Positions 1 to 10,842 of a stretch of 64,000 bases of DNA are shown piece after piece. The stretch spans positions 186,059-250,058 of the forward strand of contig CAVYYP010000013.1 in assembly GCA_963772765.1 (NCBI GenBank). Direction: 5' to 3'. Origin of the DNA: Candidatus Bathyarchaeota archaeon. Its GTDB lineage: Archaea; Thermoproteota; Bathyarchaeia; Bathyarchaeales; Bathyarchaeaceae. Positions within the stretch are counted from its first letter, which is position 1; each line of letters opens with the position of its first letter. Position numbers and translations under genes: made by a program. The notes below the pieces were generated by a model. The model worked only from the letters and a program-made list of their open reading frames with translations, was not told the DNA's origin and did not search any database.

Positions 1-552
1 GGCACCAATCTTCTTGTGAACCATGACATTGGATTGTGCAGCCTCTGTAAAACATCGCGCTTTAAGTGGGAGCACAAGATATTCTTGGATGTCAGTTGTT
101 TTTCCAAGAGCATGTTTTCCTCCACCCAACACGTTTCCAAGAGGAAAAGGAAGGTCAGCGCCAAGATATCCTGACAAGTATTGGAAAAGGGGCAAATCGT
201 AGGATGTTGCGGCTGCCTCTGCGTTAGCTATTGAGATAGCGAAGACAGTGTTTCCTCCAATGTTACTGAAGTTGTCTGTGCCGTCTATTTCGTGTAGAAG
301 TGCATCAATCTCGTTTTGTTCTTCAGCGTCCATTCCGATAAGTTCGGGAACAACAAGTTCCTCCATCTTCTGAATGGCAACATCGACACTGTCTTCGGGA
401 TAGGATACTACTTCAGCTTTGCCTTTGCTGGCTCCAGCCGGTGCGCCTACTCTTCCAAATCCGTCAACAGTTACGATGTCAACTTCGATTGTTTCCTGTC
501 CTCTGCTGTTGTAAAGTTTTCGAGCCGTAACATCTTCAATAATTGTGGACAT
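1..552 (-). CDS. eno: Enolase (5' part; runs off the window start)
   Basis: Read manually on the minus strand from ATG at 552: MSTIIEDVTARKLYNSRGQETIEVDIV...AAPAGASKGKAEV, a typical enolase N-terminus. Lies downstream of rpo10 as in other archaea. Confidence 0.93.
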   Translation of the reverse strand, partial: MSTIIEDVTARKLYNSRGQETIEVDIVTVDGFGRVGAPAGASKGKAEVVSYPEDSVDVAIQKMEELVVPELIGMDAEEQNEIDALLHEIDGTDNFSNIGGNTVFAISIANAEAAATSYDLPLFQYLSGYLGADLPFPLGNVLGGGKHALGKTTDIQEYLVLPLKARCFTEAAQSNVMVHKKIGA

Positions 553-563
553 CTTGTTCACCG

Positions 564-791
564 CTAAAATGATTGAGGGCGGTTTATTTTCCCTTTTTCC
601 TCGTAAAATCTGAGAATACTTTCAGAAATTTCTACGTGACCTAGAATCATTCTTCGACAACAATATCTTGTTACACCTAAACTGTCAAGAACCTTTTTGG
701 GGTCTTCTCCAGCGTTTACTCTTTGAGTAAAATCTTCCCACTTGTCAGCTATTAGCTTACCGCAAGTAAAACAACGAACGGGAATAATCAT
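564..791 (-). CDS. rpo10: RNA polymerase subunit Rpo10 (RpoN)
   Basis: [12 protein letters not shown]...RYCCRRM signature. Confidence 0.97.
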   Translation of the reverse strand: MIIPVRCFTCGKLIADKWEDFTQRVNAGEDPKKVLDSLGVTRYCCRRMILGHVEISESILRFYEEKGKINRPQSF

Positions 792-929
792 TCACATTGA
801 CCTCCTATACATAATCATGACCTTTCAGGTTGTTCCGAGCATTCAATTCATACTTATACATTTCGGCATCAACATATTCTCAACCAGTTGACGCCATTTA
901 CTACCAACATGCCACCAGAACGGAGACAT

Positions 930-1343
930 TTATCGGTAGCTTTTCTGGTCTCTAGCTCTAGCTCCAGGTCCTCCAAACTTTTTGGATTCGCTTCGTCTGG
1001 GGTCACCAGCAATCATTGTTCTGTCATAATCTCTAAGGGTCGTACGAAGTCTGGTGCTTTTTGTCCACTTCAATAAAGCGTTAGCTACAGCCATTCGTGC
1101 AGCTTCAGCTTGACCCATGAAACCGCCTCCAGAAACTGTTACATTGATGTCTAGTTGGTTCCAAACTTTGTCGTCTGTCAACAAGAGGGGTTCCAATATT
1201 TTGTCGCGAGAGATTTTAGGCTCATATATCTCTAATGGAACGTTGTTTACGCGAACTCTTCCTTTTCCAATTCTGACAGTAGCTCGCGCTATTGCAGTTT
1301 TTCGTTTTCCACTTAGTACCATAACTTTCTTTGTTTTAGACAT
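930..1343 (-). CDS. rps9: 30S ribosomal protein S9
   Basis: [10 protein letters not shown]...[14 protein letters not shown]. Confidence 0.97.
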   Translation of the reverse strand: MSKTKKVMVLSGKRKTAIARATVRIGKGRVRVNNVPLEIYEPKISRDKILEPLLLTDDKVWNQLDINVTVSGGGFMGQAEAARMAVANALLKWTKSTRLRTTLRDYDRTMIAGDPRRSESKKFGGPGARARDQKSYR

Positions 1344-1345
1344 AC

Positions 1346-1789
1346 TTACTCAACCTCTGGTGTCCATCCGCCGATTTCCTTAGCCAATTCGCTCACTGTT
1401 ATATAAGGTGATTTTAATTTATCTGCGGTGGCTTCAACGATGGTCTGGACATTTTTGTTCTCAAACTCCATAGGAGTGCCCAGATAGACTCTAAGTCGCT
1501 TTAAGGCCTGTTGACCTTTTGGTTTTCGTCTAGGAAGCATTCCTCGAATTGTTCTGCTGACAATTGTGTCGGGTCGCCTAGGGTGATAAGGTCCTTTCCT
1601 GGGATGGCCGACCTCAAGGAATGTTTTAGCTTCAGTGACTATGTGCTGTTTTTTGCCAGAAATGGCAGCTTTTTCAGCATTCAAAATAACAATGGTCTCT
1701 CCTTGGAGAAGGCGTTTAGCTACGCTGCTAGCCAATCGTCCAAGAATTAGCCCTTTAGCATCTATAATTGTAGCATTATCAAAAGACAT
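1346..1789 (-). CDS. rpl13: 50S ribosomal protein L13
   Basis: [13 protein letters not shown]...RTIRGMLP. Confidence 0.97.
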   Translation of the reverse strand: MSFDNATIIDAKGLILGRLASSVAKRLLQGETIVILNAEKAAISGKKQHIVTEAKTFLEVGHPRKGPYHPRRPDTIVSRTIRGMLPRRKPKGQQALKRLRVYLGTPMEFENKNVQTIVEATADKLKSPYITVSELAKEIGGWTPEVE

Positions 1790-1795
1790 AACAAG

Positions 1796-2158
1796 CTACC
1801 CCATTAACCTCACATTTTTTCCCGCTGGGTTCTTTTTAATTAAATCTCGGATAGATAAGCAGCTACCCTTAGAAATCTTGATCTTCGATTTAGCCACATC
1901 AGAAAAGCTGAAAGCTGCCACAGTTAAAGAGTGGTCAGGTTTTCCAGCGCCTAAAACTTTGCCTGGAACAACAACTGTTTCGCCTTCTTTTGTGAAACGA
2001 TTCAAACGGCTTATGTTCACAGCTACACGGTTTCGTTTTGAGCTTGTCAAACGGTCAGCTAAGTCTCGCCAGAGATCAGTTTGACTTTCCTGTGACTGCT
2101 TCTTCAAATCTCGAATGAGTGAAATAAGTTCTGGATTAGTTGACTTCAGTTTCTTCAA
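1796..2158 (-). CDS. rpl18e: 50S ribosomal protein L18e
   Basis: VAVNISRLNR...VVVPGKVLGAG...VAAFSFS. Confidence 0.96.
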   Translation of the reverse strand: MKKLKSTNPELISLIRDLKKQSQESQTDLWRDLADRLTSSKRNRVAVNISRLNRFTKEGETVVVPGKVLGAGKPDHSLTVAAFSFSDVAKSKIKISKGSCLSIRDLIKKNPAGKNVRLMG

Positions 2159-2160
2159 TG

Positions 2161-2976
2161 TTACTTACCCTTTTTCATTTGATCGGAAAATTCCTTAACT
2201 TTGCTGTCAAGAATTTTGATAGCTTCAATAACTATTCGTTCTACTGGAAGTGCACCAGTGGACTCGATTTTGAAAATGAATGCACTCTTATCCCAAGACA
2301 CATCCACAGCTGAGGGGTCTTTAGGACATGCATCAACACAATCCATACAGAGAGTACATTCGAATTCGTTCTGGACTTTGACCGCCCCATCACTGACAAC
2401 TAGGCATTCTTCGGGACAGACTTTGACACATTTTCCGCATGCATCACAGTTCTTAACATCAACAGTAATGTCTGGCAGATACATGTAAGTTGACATGGAA
2501 ACAGGCTGCCATTTTGCATGTTTCTTTCCTTTTCCAAGTCGGGCATATGCTTCAAACTTCATTCTTTGCTCAGGAGCCAGCTTTGCTATTGGAATTTTGT
2601 CGCTGACTGGAACTATGCTGGGATTTTCTGGTTTCATGTCTCCTGAATATACAGTAATTGTCTTGTCGTCGGCTTCAACTTCCAGTGTGAGATTTGCTCT
2701 ACACAAGTTACAGCCAAACTCGCTTTCACACTTGCACTCTTCAGGTAGACTGTAAGAGTCCAAATCTGTTTTTAGAGGAATGAACCCCATCCTGTGAGCA
2801 AGAACTTCATCATTAAGAATTGAAGAATTTTCGAGAATAACTATCTCGTCGATAGCCATTGAAGGAACTTCAGTTAGCATAATTCTTCGTAAAGCATTTA
2901 CAAAAGGTGCATTGACTCCTCTAACAATGAACCGCATGAAATCGTCGGTTTTATCAAGGATTTGAATTTCTACCAA
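2161..2976 (-). CDS. rpo3: RNA polymerase subunit Rpo3 (RpoD) with a 2x[4Fe-4S] ferredoxin-like domain
   Basis: NALRRIMLTEVP, LAHRMGFIPL and HAKWQP motifs; two CxxCxxCxxxCP motifs. Confidence 0.96.
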   Translation of the reverse strand: MVEIQILDKTDDFMRFIVRGVNAPFVNALRRIMLTEVPSMAIDEIVILENSSILNDEVLAHRMGFIPLKTDLDSYSLPEECKCESEFGCNLCRANLTLEVEADDKTITVYSGDMKPENPSIVPVSDKIPIAKLAPEQRMKFEAYARLGKGKKHAKWQPVSMSTYMYLPDITVDVKNCDACGKCVKVCPEECLVVSDGAVKVQNEFECTLCMDCVDACPKDPSAVDVSWDKSAFIFKIESTGALPVERIVIEAIKILDSKVKEFSDQMKKGK

Positions 2977-3130
2977 ATTTAAGCCTCAATTAGCCTTTGT
3001 AATAGCGAGTTAAATCTCGTGCTTTTCAAAGAGAGCAAAAGGGATTATTTCAATATTTTGGTTAATATACAAAACAGGTGTGCTAGCATTTTCTGCGAGA
3101 GTTCTCTGTTTGTTGATAAAAAGGGAGGGT

Positions 3131-3526
3131 CTAGACTCTTCGTCCTCTGCGTCCACCCTTTCTTCGGGTTCCATCATGAGGTATTGGTGTTACTTCCTCG
3201 ATTCGACCTACACGGAATCCAGCCCTTGCCAAAGCACGTATAGCTGCCTGAGCTCCTGCTCCAGGCGTTCTAGCGCCTGAGCCTCCGGGGGCACGGACTT
3301 TGATGTGTATTGCAGTTATTCCTTTGTCTTTTGCGACTGTGGCTGCGTGAGCTGCGGCTCTCATTGTAGCGTAAGCAGATGATTCTAATCGGTCTGATTT
3401 TACGTGCATTCCACCTGAGGACCGTGCAATGGTTTCTGCTCCTGAAATGTCTGTGAAGTGGATTATTGTGTTGTTGTAAGAGCTGAAAACGTGTACAACT
3501 GCCCATTTGTCATTCTTTTTACTCAT
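3131..3526 (-). CDS. rps11: 30S ribosomal protein S11
   Basis: SYNNTIIH...[18 protein letters not shown]. Confidence 0.97.
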   Translation of the reverse strand: MSKKNDKWAVVHVFSSYNNTIIHFTDISGAETIARSSGGMHVKSDRLESSAYATMRAAAHAATVAKDKGITAIHIKVRAPGGSGARTPGAGAQAAIRALARAGFRVGRIEEVTPIPHDGTRRKGGRRGRRV

Positions 3527-4088
3527 CTGTATTTTCCTCTTCTTTACTCATTGATACAGGCTCTGGTTGAATATTTGCAGCCTTTGCTACTGGATGATCA
3601 GGGTCAGTAAGTGGACTTTTTGATGAATAGGCTATGTTGTCTTCTTCATCTCTGAGCACCAGATAGCTGGGAGATGAAACTTTTCGTCCATTAACTGAAA
3701 TATGACCATGTGCAATCAGTTGGCGAGATTGCTGAATAGTCTGAGACAATCCTCTCTGGAAAACAAGAGTTTGGAGTCTGCGTTCAAGAATATCTTCCAA
3801 GGTCAAGTCCAAAACATCGTCAAGCGCAGATCCTTCAGGAAGTATTCCTAATCTGTCAAGTCTGCCTAGAAGCTGTTCTTCCTGCACACTTCGCTCTTCA
3901 GCTGATTTGCCCAAAAGTGAGCGCCCTATACCTCTGTATTTTGAGAGTAATGTTTTGTGGCGCCATATTTCTCGTTTATTTCGCAAACCATATTGACCAA
4001 GAATTTTAAGCTCGGCTTCTAGGGTGTCAATTTGCCAAGGGAATCGTGGCGTGTCAAACTTTTTTCTTTGCCTCTTTGGATCTCCCAT
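3519..4088 (-). CDS. rps4: 30S ribosomal protein S4
   Basis: [11 protein letters not shown]...[10 protein letters not shown]...LERRLQT. Confidence 0.97.
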   Translation of the reverse strand: MGDPKRQRKKFDTPRFPWQIDTLEAELKILGQYGLRNKREIWRHKTLLSKYRGIGRSLLGKSAEERSVQEEQLLGRLDRLGILPEGSALDDVLDLTLEDILERRLQTLVFQRGLSQTIQQSRQLIAHGHISVNGRKVSSPSYLVLRDEEDNIAYSSKSPLTDPDHPVAKAANIQPEPVSMSKEEENTDE

Positions 4089-4091
4089 CTA

Positions 4092-4556
4092 TTATTTGCC
4101 TCCTCGCTGTATCTGTTTCTTCTTTACACCCATTGCCTTTCCAGCTCTGCCAGTTGATTTAGTTCTTTGACCACGTACTTTCAGTCCATAGCTGTGGCGG
4201 AAACCTTTCCATGAACGCATCTTTTTCATTTGATCGATGTCATCTTTTGTTTTCACAATCAAGTCTGTGTCTAAAAGGTGAATGTCCTTTCCTGTGTCTA
4301 TATCTTTTCTGCGATTTAGAAGCCATACGGGTATGCCGTAGCTTTTTGGGTTTTTGATAACATCCTCAATTTTTTCTACTTCAGCGCTAGAAAGGAATCC
4401 CATTCTTGCCTCTGGGTTAATTCCAGATTTTTCTATGATTACGTGCGCTAATCTTACTCCTACGCCTTTTACGTTTGTGAGGGCGTAAGTTACCGGTTGA
4501 CTTCCTTCAATATCGGTTCCGGCAAACCTTATGATGTGCTGAAATTCTCTAGACAT
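4092..4556 (-). CDS. rps13: 30S ribosomal protein S13
   Basis: RH.YGLKVRGQRTKSTGR motif. Confidence 0.97.
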   Translation of the reverse strand: MSREFQHIIRFAGTDIEGSQPVTYALTNVKGVGVRLAHVIIEKSGINPEARMGFLSSAEVEKIEDVIKNPKSYGIPVWLLNRRKDIDTGKDIHLLDTDLIVKTKDDIDQMKKMRSWKGFRHSYGLKVRGQRTKSTGRAGKAMGVKKKQIQRGGK

Positions 4557-4754
4557 CTTGAATGTTCACGTCTCTTTTATTAGGCTAACTACGGAAGTGA
4601 ATTGTTGTTTATTTAAGTTTTCCTTCGGACGTATTGTTTTGTTTCAATAAAGAGAAAATAACCAGCTACATCAGCAACAAAAGTAAACGCGTAACGGATG
4701 GCAGTGCGATAAGTTTTTTTGCGTTAACTTTGGCTGTTTACTGGGGCAAAGGCT

Positions 4755-5984
4755 TTGGCTAGGCTAAAAGGTTTTGAAAAACTTACAAACGTAGATGATG
4801 CGCTTCAATCTTTTTTGAGTAAACTTAATCCAGAAATGCTAGATTCTGAACAAGTTCCAATTCAGGAAGCATTGAATAGGGTTACTGCAGAAGATGTACT
4901 AGCAAAATACAATTTGCCGCTTTTTGACCGTTCTGCCGTAGACGGTTATGCACTGAAGGCAAAGGACACGTTTGGGGTTTCAGCGTTTAAGCCAAAAACC
5001 TTCAAACTGACCAAAGATAAAGTCCATGAAAATGAGGCAAAAGAGCTGTGGACTGGGAACCCAGTTCCTGAAGGTGCTGATGCCGTAGTCATGCTTGAAT
5101 ATACAAAAAAGTTTGATGACCAAATTGAGTTGACAAAAGCAGTTACGCCTGGAAGAAACATCTCCAAAATGGGCGAAGACGTAACCAAAGGAAATGTAGC
5201 AATCACTGCAAAGACCCGATTAAATCCTCATCATCTGGGATTGTTGGCTGCTTTGGGTGAAACCCACGTTAATGTTGTCAGAAAACCGAAAGTTGCTATC
5301 TTAGCAACTGGAAGCGAACTTGTGGAGTTGGGTCAAAAACTCGAGCCCGGCAAGATTGTGGATACTAATCGACTTGTTTTCTCCAGCATGTGCATGGAAT
5401 TGGGTGCGGAGCCGCTGAATTTGGGTGTCGTCAAGGACGATTTAGAGGAGATAGTTTCCAGAATTGAAGAGGGACTGAGTCAGGCAGATGCGGTTATCAC
5501 AACGGGTGGAACAAGTGTTGGATATCCAGATTTGGTTCCTTTGGCAGTTAACAAGATTGGAAAACAGGGAATGGTTGTTCATGGCGTCGCAATAAGGCCA
5601 GGGATGCCGACTGGTCTTGCAATTCTTAAGGGCAAGCCTGTGTTTGTGTTGTCTGGAAATCCTGTGGCGGCAACTGTCGGGTTTGAGGCGTTTGCTAGAC
5701 CCACACTTCTTAAAATGTTGGGAGTAGATGAGGCTAGACCGATAGTTGAGGCGAAGCTGACTAGAAGGGTTACGGGTGTTTTGGGACGAAGAGTCTTTTT
5801 ACGTGTTCGCATATCTGAAAGAAAAGGAACTCTTTTTGCTGAGCCTGTTAGGGTAACGGGTTCGGGCGTGCTTACAACCATGACCAAAGCGAATGGCTAT
5901 GTCATTATTCCTGAAAACCGCGAAGGAGTAGAAGAGGGCGAACCTGTTAAAGTGAGCCTTTTTTCCAATATTGTGAGGGATTGA
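4755..5984 (+). CDS. moeA: Molybdopterin molybdo/tungstotransferase MoeA, paralogue 1
   Basis: FDRSAVDGYA, TTGGTSVG and PGMPT motifs. Confidence 0.93.
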   Translation: MARLKGFEKLTNVDDALQSFLSKLNPEMLDSEQVPIQEALNRVTAEDVLAKYNLPLFDRSAVDGYALKAKDTFGVSAFKPKTFKLTKDKVHENEAKELWTGNPVPEGADAVVMLEYTKKFDDQIELTKAVTPGRNISKMGEDVTKGNVAITAKTRLNPHHLGLLAALGETHVNVVRKPKVAILATGSELVELGQKLEPGKIVDTNRLVFSSMCMELGAEPLNLGVVKDDLEEIVSRIEEGLSQADAVITTGGTSVGYPDLVPLAVNKIGKQGMVVHGVAIRPGMPTGLAILKGKPVFVLSGNPVAATVGFEAFARPTLLKMLGVDEARPIVEAKLTRRVTGVLGRRVFLRVRISERKGTLFAEPVRVTGSGVLTTMTKANGYVIIPENREGVEEGEPVKVSLFSNIVRD

Positions 5985-5985
5985 A

Positions 5986-7236
5986 ATGTTTCGAAAACTG
6001 CTTTCTTTTGATGAAGCAAAGAAATTGTTAGACCAGAATTTTTCTGCTAAGCCTGTTGGCGTAGAGCAGGTCTCAATCTCTGATGCTCATGAGCGTGTGC
6101 TGGCTCAGGATATTTTGTCTTCAATGAATATTCCTTCGTTTACGCGCTCAATCGTTGATGGTTATGCTGTAAAAGCTGCTGACACATTTGGTGCAAGTGA
6201 AGACAAACCGCTCACTCTAAAGTATTGTGGACACGTGGCGATAGGTGAAGCCCCCAAAGTTGCCGTTAAAGATGGAATGGCGGCTGAGATAGTCACTGGC
6301 GCACCTTTGCCTGATGGCGCAGATTCTGTAGTGATGGTAGAATATACAACGCGTAGAGGAGATGATGTCTTTTTGCATCGCCCAGTTGCGATAGCCGAGA
6401 ATTTGATGGCTGCAGGTTCAGACATTAGAAATGGCGAAACTATTCTTAAAAAAGGCAGGTTTTTGGGTTCACGAGAAATTGGGGTTTTGGCTGCTCTTGG
6501 ATTGACAGAAGTTACGGTTTATTTGCGTCCCAAAGTGGCAGTTCTTTCTACTGGAGGGGAAGTTGTAGCTCCCGGAGAGCCTCTTTTACTAGGTAAAATC
6601 TATGACATAAACGCGCATAGCTTGAGTGCTGCTGTTCAAGAAGCTGGGTGTGAGTCCATAAATTTGGGCATTATTCCCGATGAAACTGACAAGTTAACTG
6701 CTGCTCTCAAGAATGCTGTGGATTCGGCAGATGTTGTTATTACTTCTGGTGGTGTTTCGGTTGGTCCCAAGGATTTCACGCCTCAGGTTGTGGATAGTTT
6801 GGGGAAGCCGGGTGTGATTATTTCAGGAGTTGCTGTGAAGCCAGGAAAACCATTAACTATTGCTGTTGTTGATGGAAAACCTGTTTTTTCTTTGCCAGGC
6901 AATCCCACTTCGTCACTTTTCATGTTCAATGTCTTTGTTCGACCCATACTTGTTAAGCTTGCAGGCAGACCAGAAGAAGAACTACCAAAGGTTAAGGCGG
7001 TTTCTGCAAAGAAGATATTTCCTGCGCGGGGTCGTCGCACGTTCATTATGGTAAATTTGTCAGTTGACAAGAATGGGGCATTGATTGTTAGTCCTGTTCC
7101 CACTGGCTTGTCGGGTGCGATAACTACTTTGGCAAAGGCTGATGGTTTTGTTGAGATTTCTGAGAAGCAGCAGTTTGTGGATGCGGGCGCAAAGATAGAC
7201 GTATATCTGTTTGGGAAAAATAGAAAGTTTAGTTGA
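5986..7236 (+). CDS. moeA: Molybdopterin molybdo/tungstotransferase MoeA, paralogue 2
   Basis: RSIVDGYAV, SGGVSVG, KPGKP and LPGNP motifs. Confidence 0.93.
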   Translation: MFRKLLSFDEAKKLLDQNFSAKPVGVEQVSISDAHERVLAQDILSSMNIPSFTRSIVDGYAVKAADTFGASEDKPLTLKYCGHVAIGEAPKVAVKDGMAAEIVTGAPLPDGADSVVMVEYTTRRGDDVFLHRPVAIAENLMAAGSDIRNGETILKKGRFLGSREIGVLAALGLTEVTVYLRPKVAVLSTGGEVVAPGEPLLLGKIYDINAHSLSAAVQEAGCESINLGIIPDETDKLTAALKNAVDSADVVITSGGVSVGPKDFTPQVVDSLGKPGVIISGVAVKPGKPLTIAVVDGKPVFSLPGNPTSSLFMFNVFVRPILVKLAGRPEEELPKVKAVSAKKIFPARGRRTFIMVNLSVDKNGALIVSPVPTGLSGAITTLAKADGFVEISEKQQFVDAGAKIDVYLFGKNRKFS

Positions 7237-7597
7237 AATTTTGTCGTTTTGCCAACAGGTAAACTGATACTATAAGCAGTATTATCATGTATGCTATCAG
7301 GGCGATGTGAAATAGTATTGCGCCGTCAAATCCTTGTAAAGTAACAGAGTCTGCGAGGGTTGTTGCTGCAAAGGTTATTCCTGTTACGAAGAGTCCAGCT
7401 ATAAGTGGCAGAGCCCATTTTGACAGCCTGAAGACAAGATATGCTGTGAGTAGGCTCAGGATTCCAAGGACTGGAATGTGTGCGGGTGCGCCGCTTTCGA
7501 TTGCAAAGTAGCCTATTAGTACGATTCCGACTGCGATATAGAAGATTGTGGAAATTAACATGATTGGATTTTTTGTAGTGTTCGTTTCTGATGTCAT
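7229..7597 (-). CDS. Hypothetical membrane protein (about 4 TM helices)
   Basis: 122 aa with four hydrophobic stretches; SD-like AGGA upstream. Confidence 0.75.
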   Translation of the reverse strand: MTSETNTTKNPIMLISTIFYIAVGIVLIGYFAIESGAPAHIPVLGILSLLTAYLVFRLSKWALPLIAGLFVTGITFAATTLADSVTLQGFDGAILFHIALIAYMIILLIVSVYLLAKRQNFN

Positions 7598-7797
7598 ATC
7601 GCATTCCTTGCTTACCGCCTATTATTACGATTGGTAATAAATTAGTTTCCCATAATCAGGCGACAAAGACGGTTTTTGCTGAAAAATTTTGGCAAAAATA
7701 TGGTAGGGTTGCTCATGATGGGGAAGATGGATTCGTTGTAATTATCCTGTTTTCATAAGTGTTATCCCTGTTTTTCTGTAATGTGGTTGCGATTAAA

Positions 7798-8025
7798 ATG
7801 AACTCTAAAAAGATGCTGACAAAAGAGATCTCTTACATGGTGAAGGGGCAGATTAGTGAGCAGATTATTTCTGAGACTGTTGATGAGTTCTTCAAGCATG
7901 GTAACATGTTTCTTTTCATGGAGTTAATTAGTCTGAAATGTGAAGTGAAAAGTTTACGTGAAGAGCTTCAGCAGCATAAAGAAAACAAGAAACAGAATAC
8001 TCTTCATGCTTTGCTTGTTCGCTAA
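7798..8025 (+). CDS. Small hypothetical protein with a C-terminal coiled-coil-like segment
   Basis: ORF filling an intergenic gap; LKCEVKSLREELQQHK heptad pattern; start uncertain (7798 or 7813). Confidence 0.55.
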   Translation: MNSKKMLTKEISYMVKGQISEQIISETVDEFFKHGNMFLFMELISLKCEVKSLREELQQHKENKKQNTLHALLVR

Positions 8026-8153
8026 AACCCCTTTACAGAGTATATGTTCTGTCTGGGCTGTGCGCCTAATAAGGCTGTAAGGTAGGACGGGATTCTGTTT
8101 TCAGTAAGGTTAAATGCTAGAAGTAAGCGATTGTTCTTTTAGAAGTGACCGTT

Positions 8154-9044
8154 ATGAGTTACCGTGAGCTCTTTGTATCGCCATCTCCTGTCTTCATTGG
8201 CAATCAACACAGTTTCGAAGAAGCAAAATATGTTGTATTAGGTGTTCCCTTTGATGTTACCAGCACATACCGTTCTGGTTCAAAGTTTGCGCCTCTGTCA
8301 ATCAGAGATGCCTCGCTGAATGTTGAGTGCTACAGTTTTAGAACTGGAGTGGATGTTGAGGACCTCAAAGTGCATGATCTGGGAGATTTGCATGTTGCTG
8401 GCGATGCTGAGTTGACGTTGGGGCGGCTGGCTTTGGTTGCTCAGGACCTTTTTGAGGCAGGAAAAGTTCCGGTGTTTATTGGTGGAGAGCACACTATCAC
8501 GTTGGGTGTGGTTCGGAGTCTTGATGAGAAGGTTGCAGTTGTGAGTTTTGATGCTCATCTTGACCTGCGTAATAATTACCTTGGTCTTAGCGTGTCTCAT
8601 ACAACTTTTATGCGCAGAATAAAAGAGGACGTCAATCCTTGCAAGATTGTGGAAGTTGGCACCCGAGCAGTTTGCAAAGAGGAGCTGGATTATGCAGAGG
8701 AGGCGGGAATTGAGTATTTGACTGCACACCAGATTCGAAAGGATGGCGTGGGAAAGGCGTCTGAGGCAATTAAGGAGGCTCTTTCTGGCTGTGAAAAAGT
8801 TTACGTTACTGTGGACATGGATGTTTTGGATCCTGCTTTTGTGCCTGCTGTCCCGAATCCTGAGCCTGAAGGACTGGACACGGCAACGCTTCTTGACTTG
8901 CTGGAGTCTGTGTGTAATAGTCGGGTGGTTGGATTTGATGTTGTTGAGGTCGCGCCGCATTATGATCAGGGTGTGACTGCTACTCAGGCTACAAAAGTAA
9001 TCTTTGAGATGCTGGGATTTCTGGAAAAGGCGCAAAAAAGCTAG
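8154..9044 (+). CDS. speB: Agmatinase (ureohydrolase family)
   Basis: GGEHTIT, FDAHLD and DMDVLDP metal-binding motifs. Confidence 0.92.
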   Translation: MSYRELFVSPSPVFIGNQHSFEEAKYVVLGVPFDVTSTYRSGSKFAPLSIRDASLNVECYSFRTGVDVEDLKVHDLGDLHVAGDAELTLGRLALVAQDLFEAGKVPVFIGGEHTITLGVVRSLDEKVAVVSFDAHLDLRNNYLGLSVSHTTFMRRIKEDVNPCKIVEVGTRAVCKEELDYAEEAGIEYLTAHQIRKDGVGKASEAIKEALSGCEKVYVTVDMDVLDPAFVPAVPNPEPEGLDTATLLDLLESVCNSRVVGFDVVEVAPHYDQGVTATQATKVIFEMLGFLEKAQKS

Positions 9045-10384
9045 TTATGCTGTTTCTTTTTTCAGCTTTGCCACAAAGAATCCGTTGCATTCATGGATAT
9101 TAGGGTAGAGCCGCTGGCAATTGGTTAGTCCTCGAAGTCCGGGTAATCCGATTCTGGGCTTTGATTCTACGAGCATGAATTCGGGGTGTAGTTTTAGAAA
9201 GTTTTCGATTACCATCTCGTTTTCTTCTACGGTTATGCTGCAAGTGGAGTAGACAAGGTTGCCGCCTGCTTTCACGTAGTCTGCGCAGTTTTCTATCATT
9301 TCTGCCTGAATTTTTGACATGCCAATTACTGAGCGTTTGGTGAGCCGCCATTTTGCGTCTGGTGACTTGCCGAAAGTTCCGGTGCTTGTGCATGGAGGGT
9401 CTAAGATGACAAGGTCTGCCGAAACCTTCAAGGGTATGGAGGATCGTACGTCTGCGACTATTGGTTCTGCGTTTTCTGTGCCCATTCTTTTTGTCACGTT
9501 TTTCCATACGTGTATTCTGCGTTTTGAGTAATCCATGGAGATGATTTTGCCTGTGTTTTGCATCAGCTGTGATAAGTATGTTGTTTTGGAGCCCGGAGCC
9601 GCACATATGTCAAGAACTGTTGTGTCTTGTTTTGGGTTTGCGATTTCTGCGGCTAGGCAGCTGGCTTTGTCTTGTATGTAGAAGAGTCCTTGGTTGAAGC
9701 TTTGTGTTCTTGCTAGGGGCTTTTTGGTGTCTATGAGTTTGTATGTGTGTTTTAGGTTGGGGACTTTTTCTATTGTTATGTTTTCTTGTTGTATGTTTTG
9801 GAGTATGGTTTCTGTTGGTGCTTTTAGTGTGTTTATTCGTATGTATGTTGGCGTGATTTTTGCAGATTGTTCTAAGAATTTTAGGGCTTCTGCTCTTCCA
9901 AGGAGTTTGATGCAGTACTTGACGAACCATGTGGGATTGTATGTTTTTATGGCAATTTTTTCTGTTTCTTCTAGACCTGTTAGTGCGGTTTTGGGTTTGT
10001 GCTAAGTATTTTGCCGAGCGCGGGTTCGACGTTTTTGAGGTGCCACCAGCCCAGGATTTTTCGTCCCATTTGTGCGATTCTTTGGGCTTTTTCTAGGTTT
10101 GTGTCGGTAAATTTTGTTTCGTAGCAGTATAATCGGAGAAAGGATCTGGGTCCAAGTTTTATTTCGTTTATTGTCTGTGGCTCCAGAACAGAGTTTAGTA
10201 GATGGTCGATTAGGTTTTTTCTTCTTAGGGTTTCTGTTACGAGCCTGTGGGCGAGTCCGACGGCTTTTCGGTCTTTTATTCTGAGTTGGTTTGTTGCTCG
10301 TGTTAATGCTAGTCGCTCACCTAGCCGTTTCAGGTCTATCCAGCTCATTGTTTCTATTGCGAGCGTCCAAGCATCTCGTAACAT
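9045..10384 (-). CDS. RsmB/NOP2-family RNA m5C methyltransferase (one apparent -1 frameshift near 9988)
   Basis: N-terminal ORF 9980-10384 continues in another frame: ...FYIQDKAS...VLDICAAPGSKT...DPPCTSTG...YSTCS. The break lies in the CCCAAAA run. Confidence 0.88.
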
Positions 10385-10466
10385 GTCTGTTGCCTACTTG
10401 GGTCTTAACGATGCGCCTATTAAAGGCTTGATTACTGTTAAATATGTCAAAGTTTGGTGATTACGT

Positions 10467-10754
10467 ATGTTGTTGCAGGAGACTTCTGAGGGCATCGTTT
10501 TTGGTGTGTATGTTAAGCCTAATTCGAAGGAGTTTCGTCTTCAGCTTGAGGGGGACGGTCTTGTGGTGTTGTGTCGTGAGGCTCCTGTGAAGGGGAAGGT
10601 CAACAAGGAGCTGTTGAAGAAGTTTTCGCGGATTTTTGGTCGTAAAGTGGAGCTGGTTTCGGGGTTTACTTCTAGAGAAAAGAAGTTTCTGGTCAAAGAC
10701 ATCTCGAGGGACGAGGCTGAGCAGATTTTAATGTCTGCAGTAAAAACAGAATAG
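10467..10754 (+). CDS. DUF167 / YggU-family protein
   Basis: VYVKPNS...EAPVKGKVNKEL...SGFTSREK. Confidence 0.88.
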   Translation: MLLQETSEGIVFGVYVKPNSKEFRLQLEGDGLVVLCREAPVKGKVNKELLKKFSRIFGRKVELVSGFTSREKKFLVKDISRDEAEQILMSAVKTE

Positions 10755-10842
10755 TTTGTTTTTGCAGTAAGTTATTTAAAAGCTGAAATGGACCGTCTTC
10801 TAGTTACGAGCCTTGTTGTCCTTGTCGTTGGGGTGAATAGAG

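Noticed and set aside
8298-9035. Long antisense ORFs (245 aa here; also 17587-18282, 49281-49856 and others)
   Set aside because: Shadows of well-supported genes on the opposite strand, favoured by the skewed codon usage.
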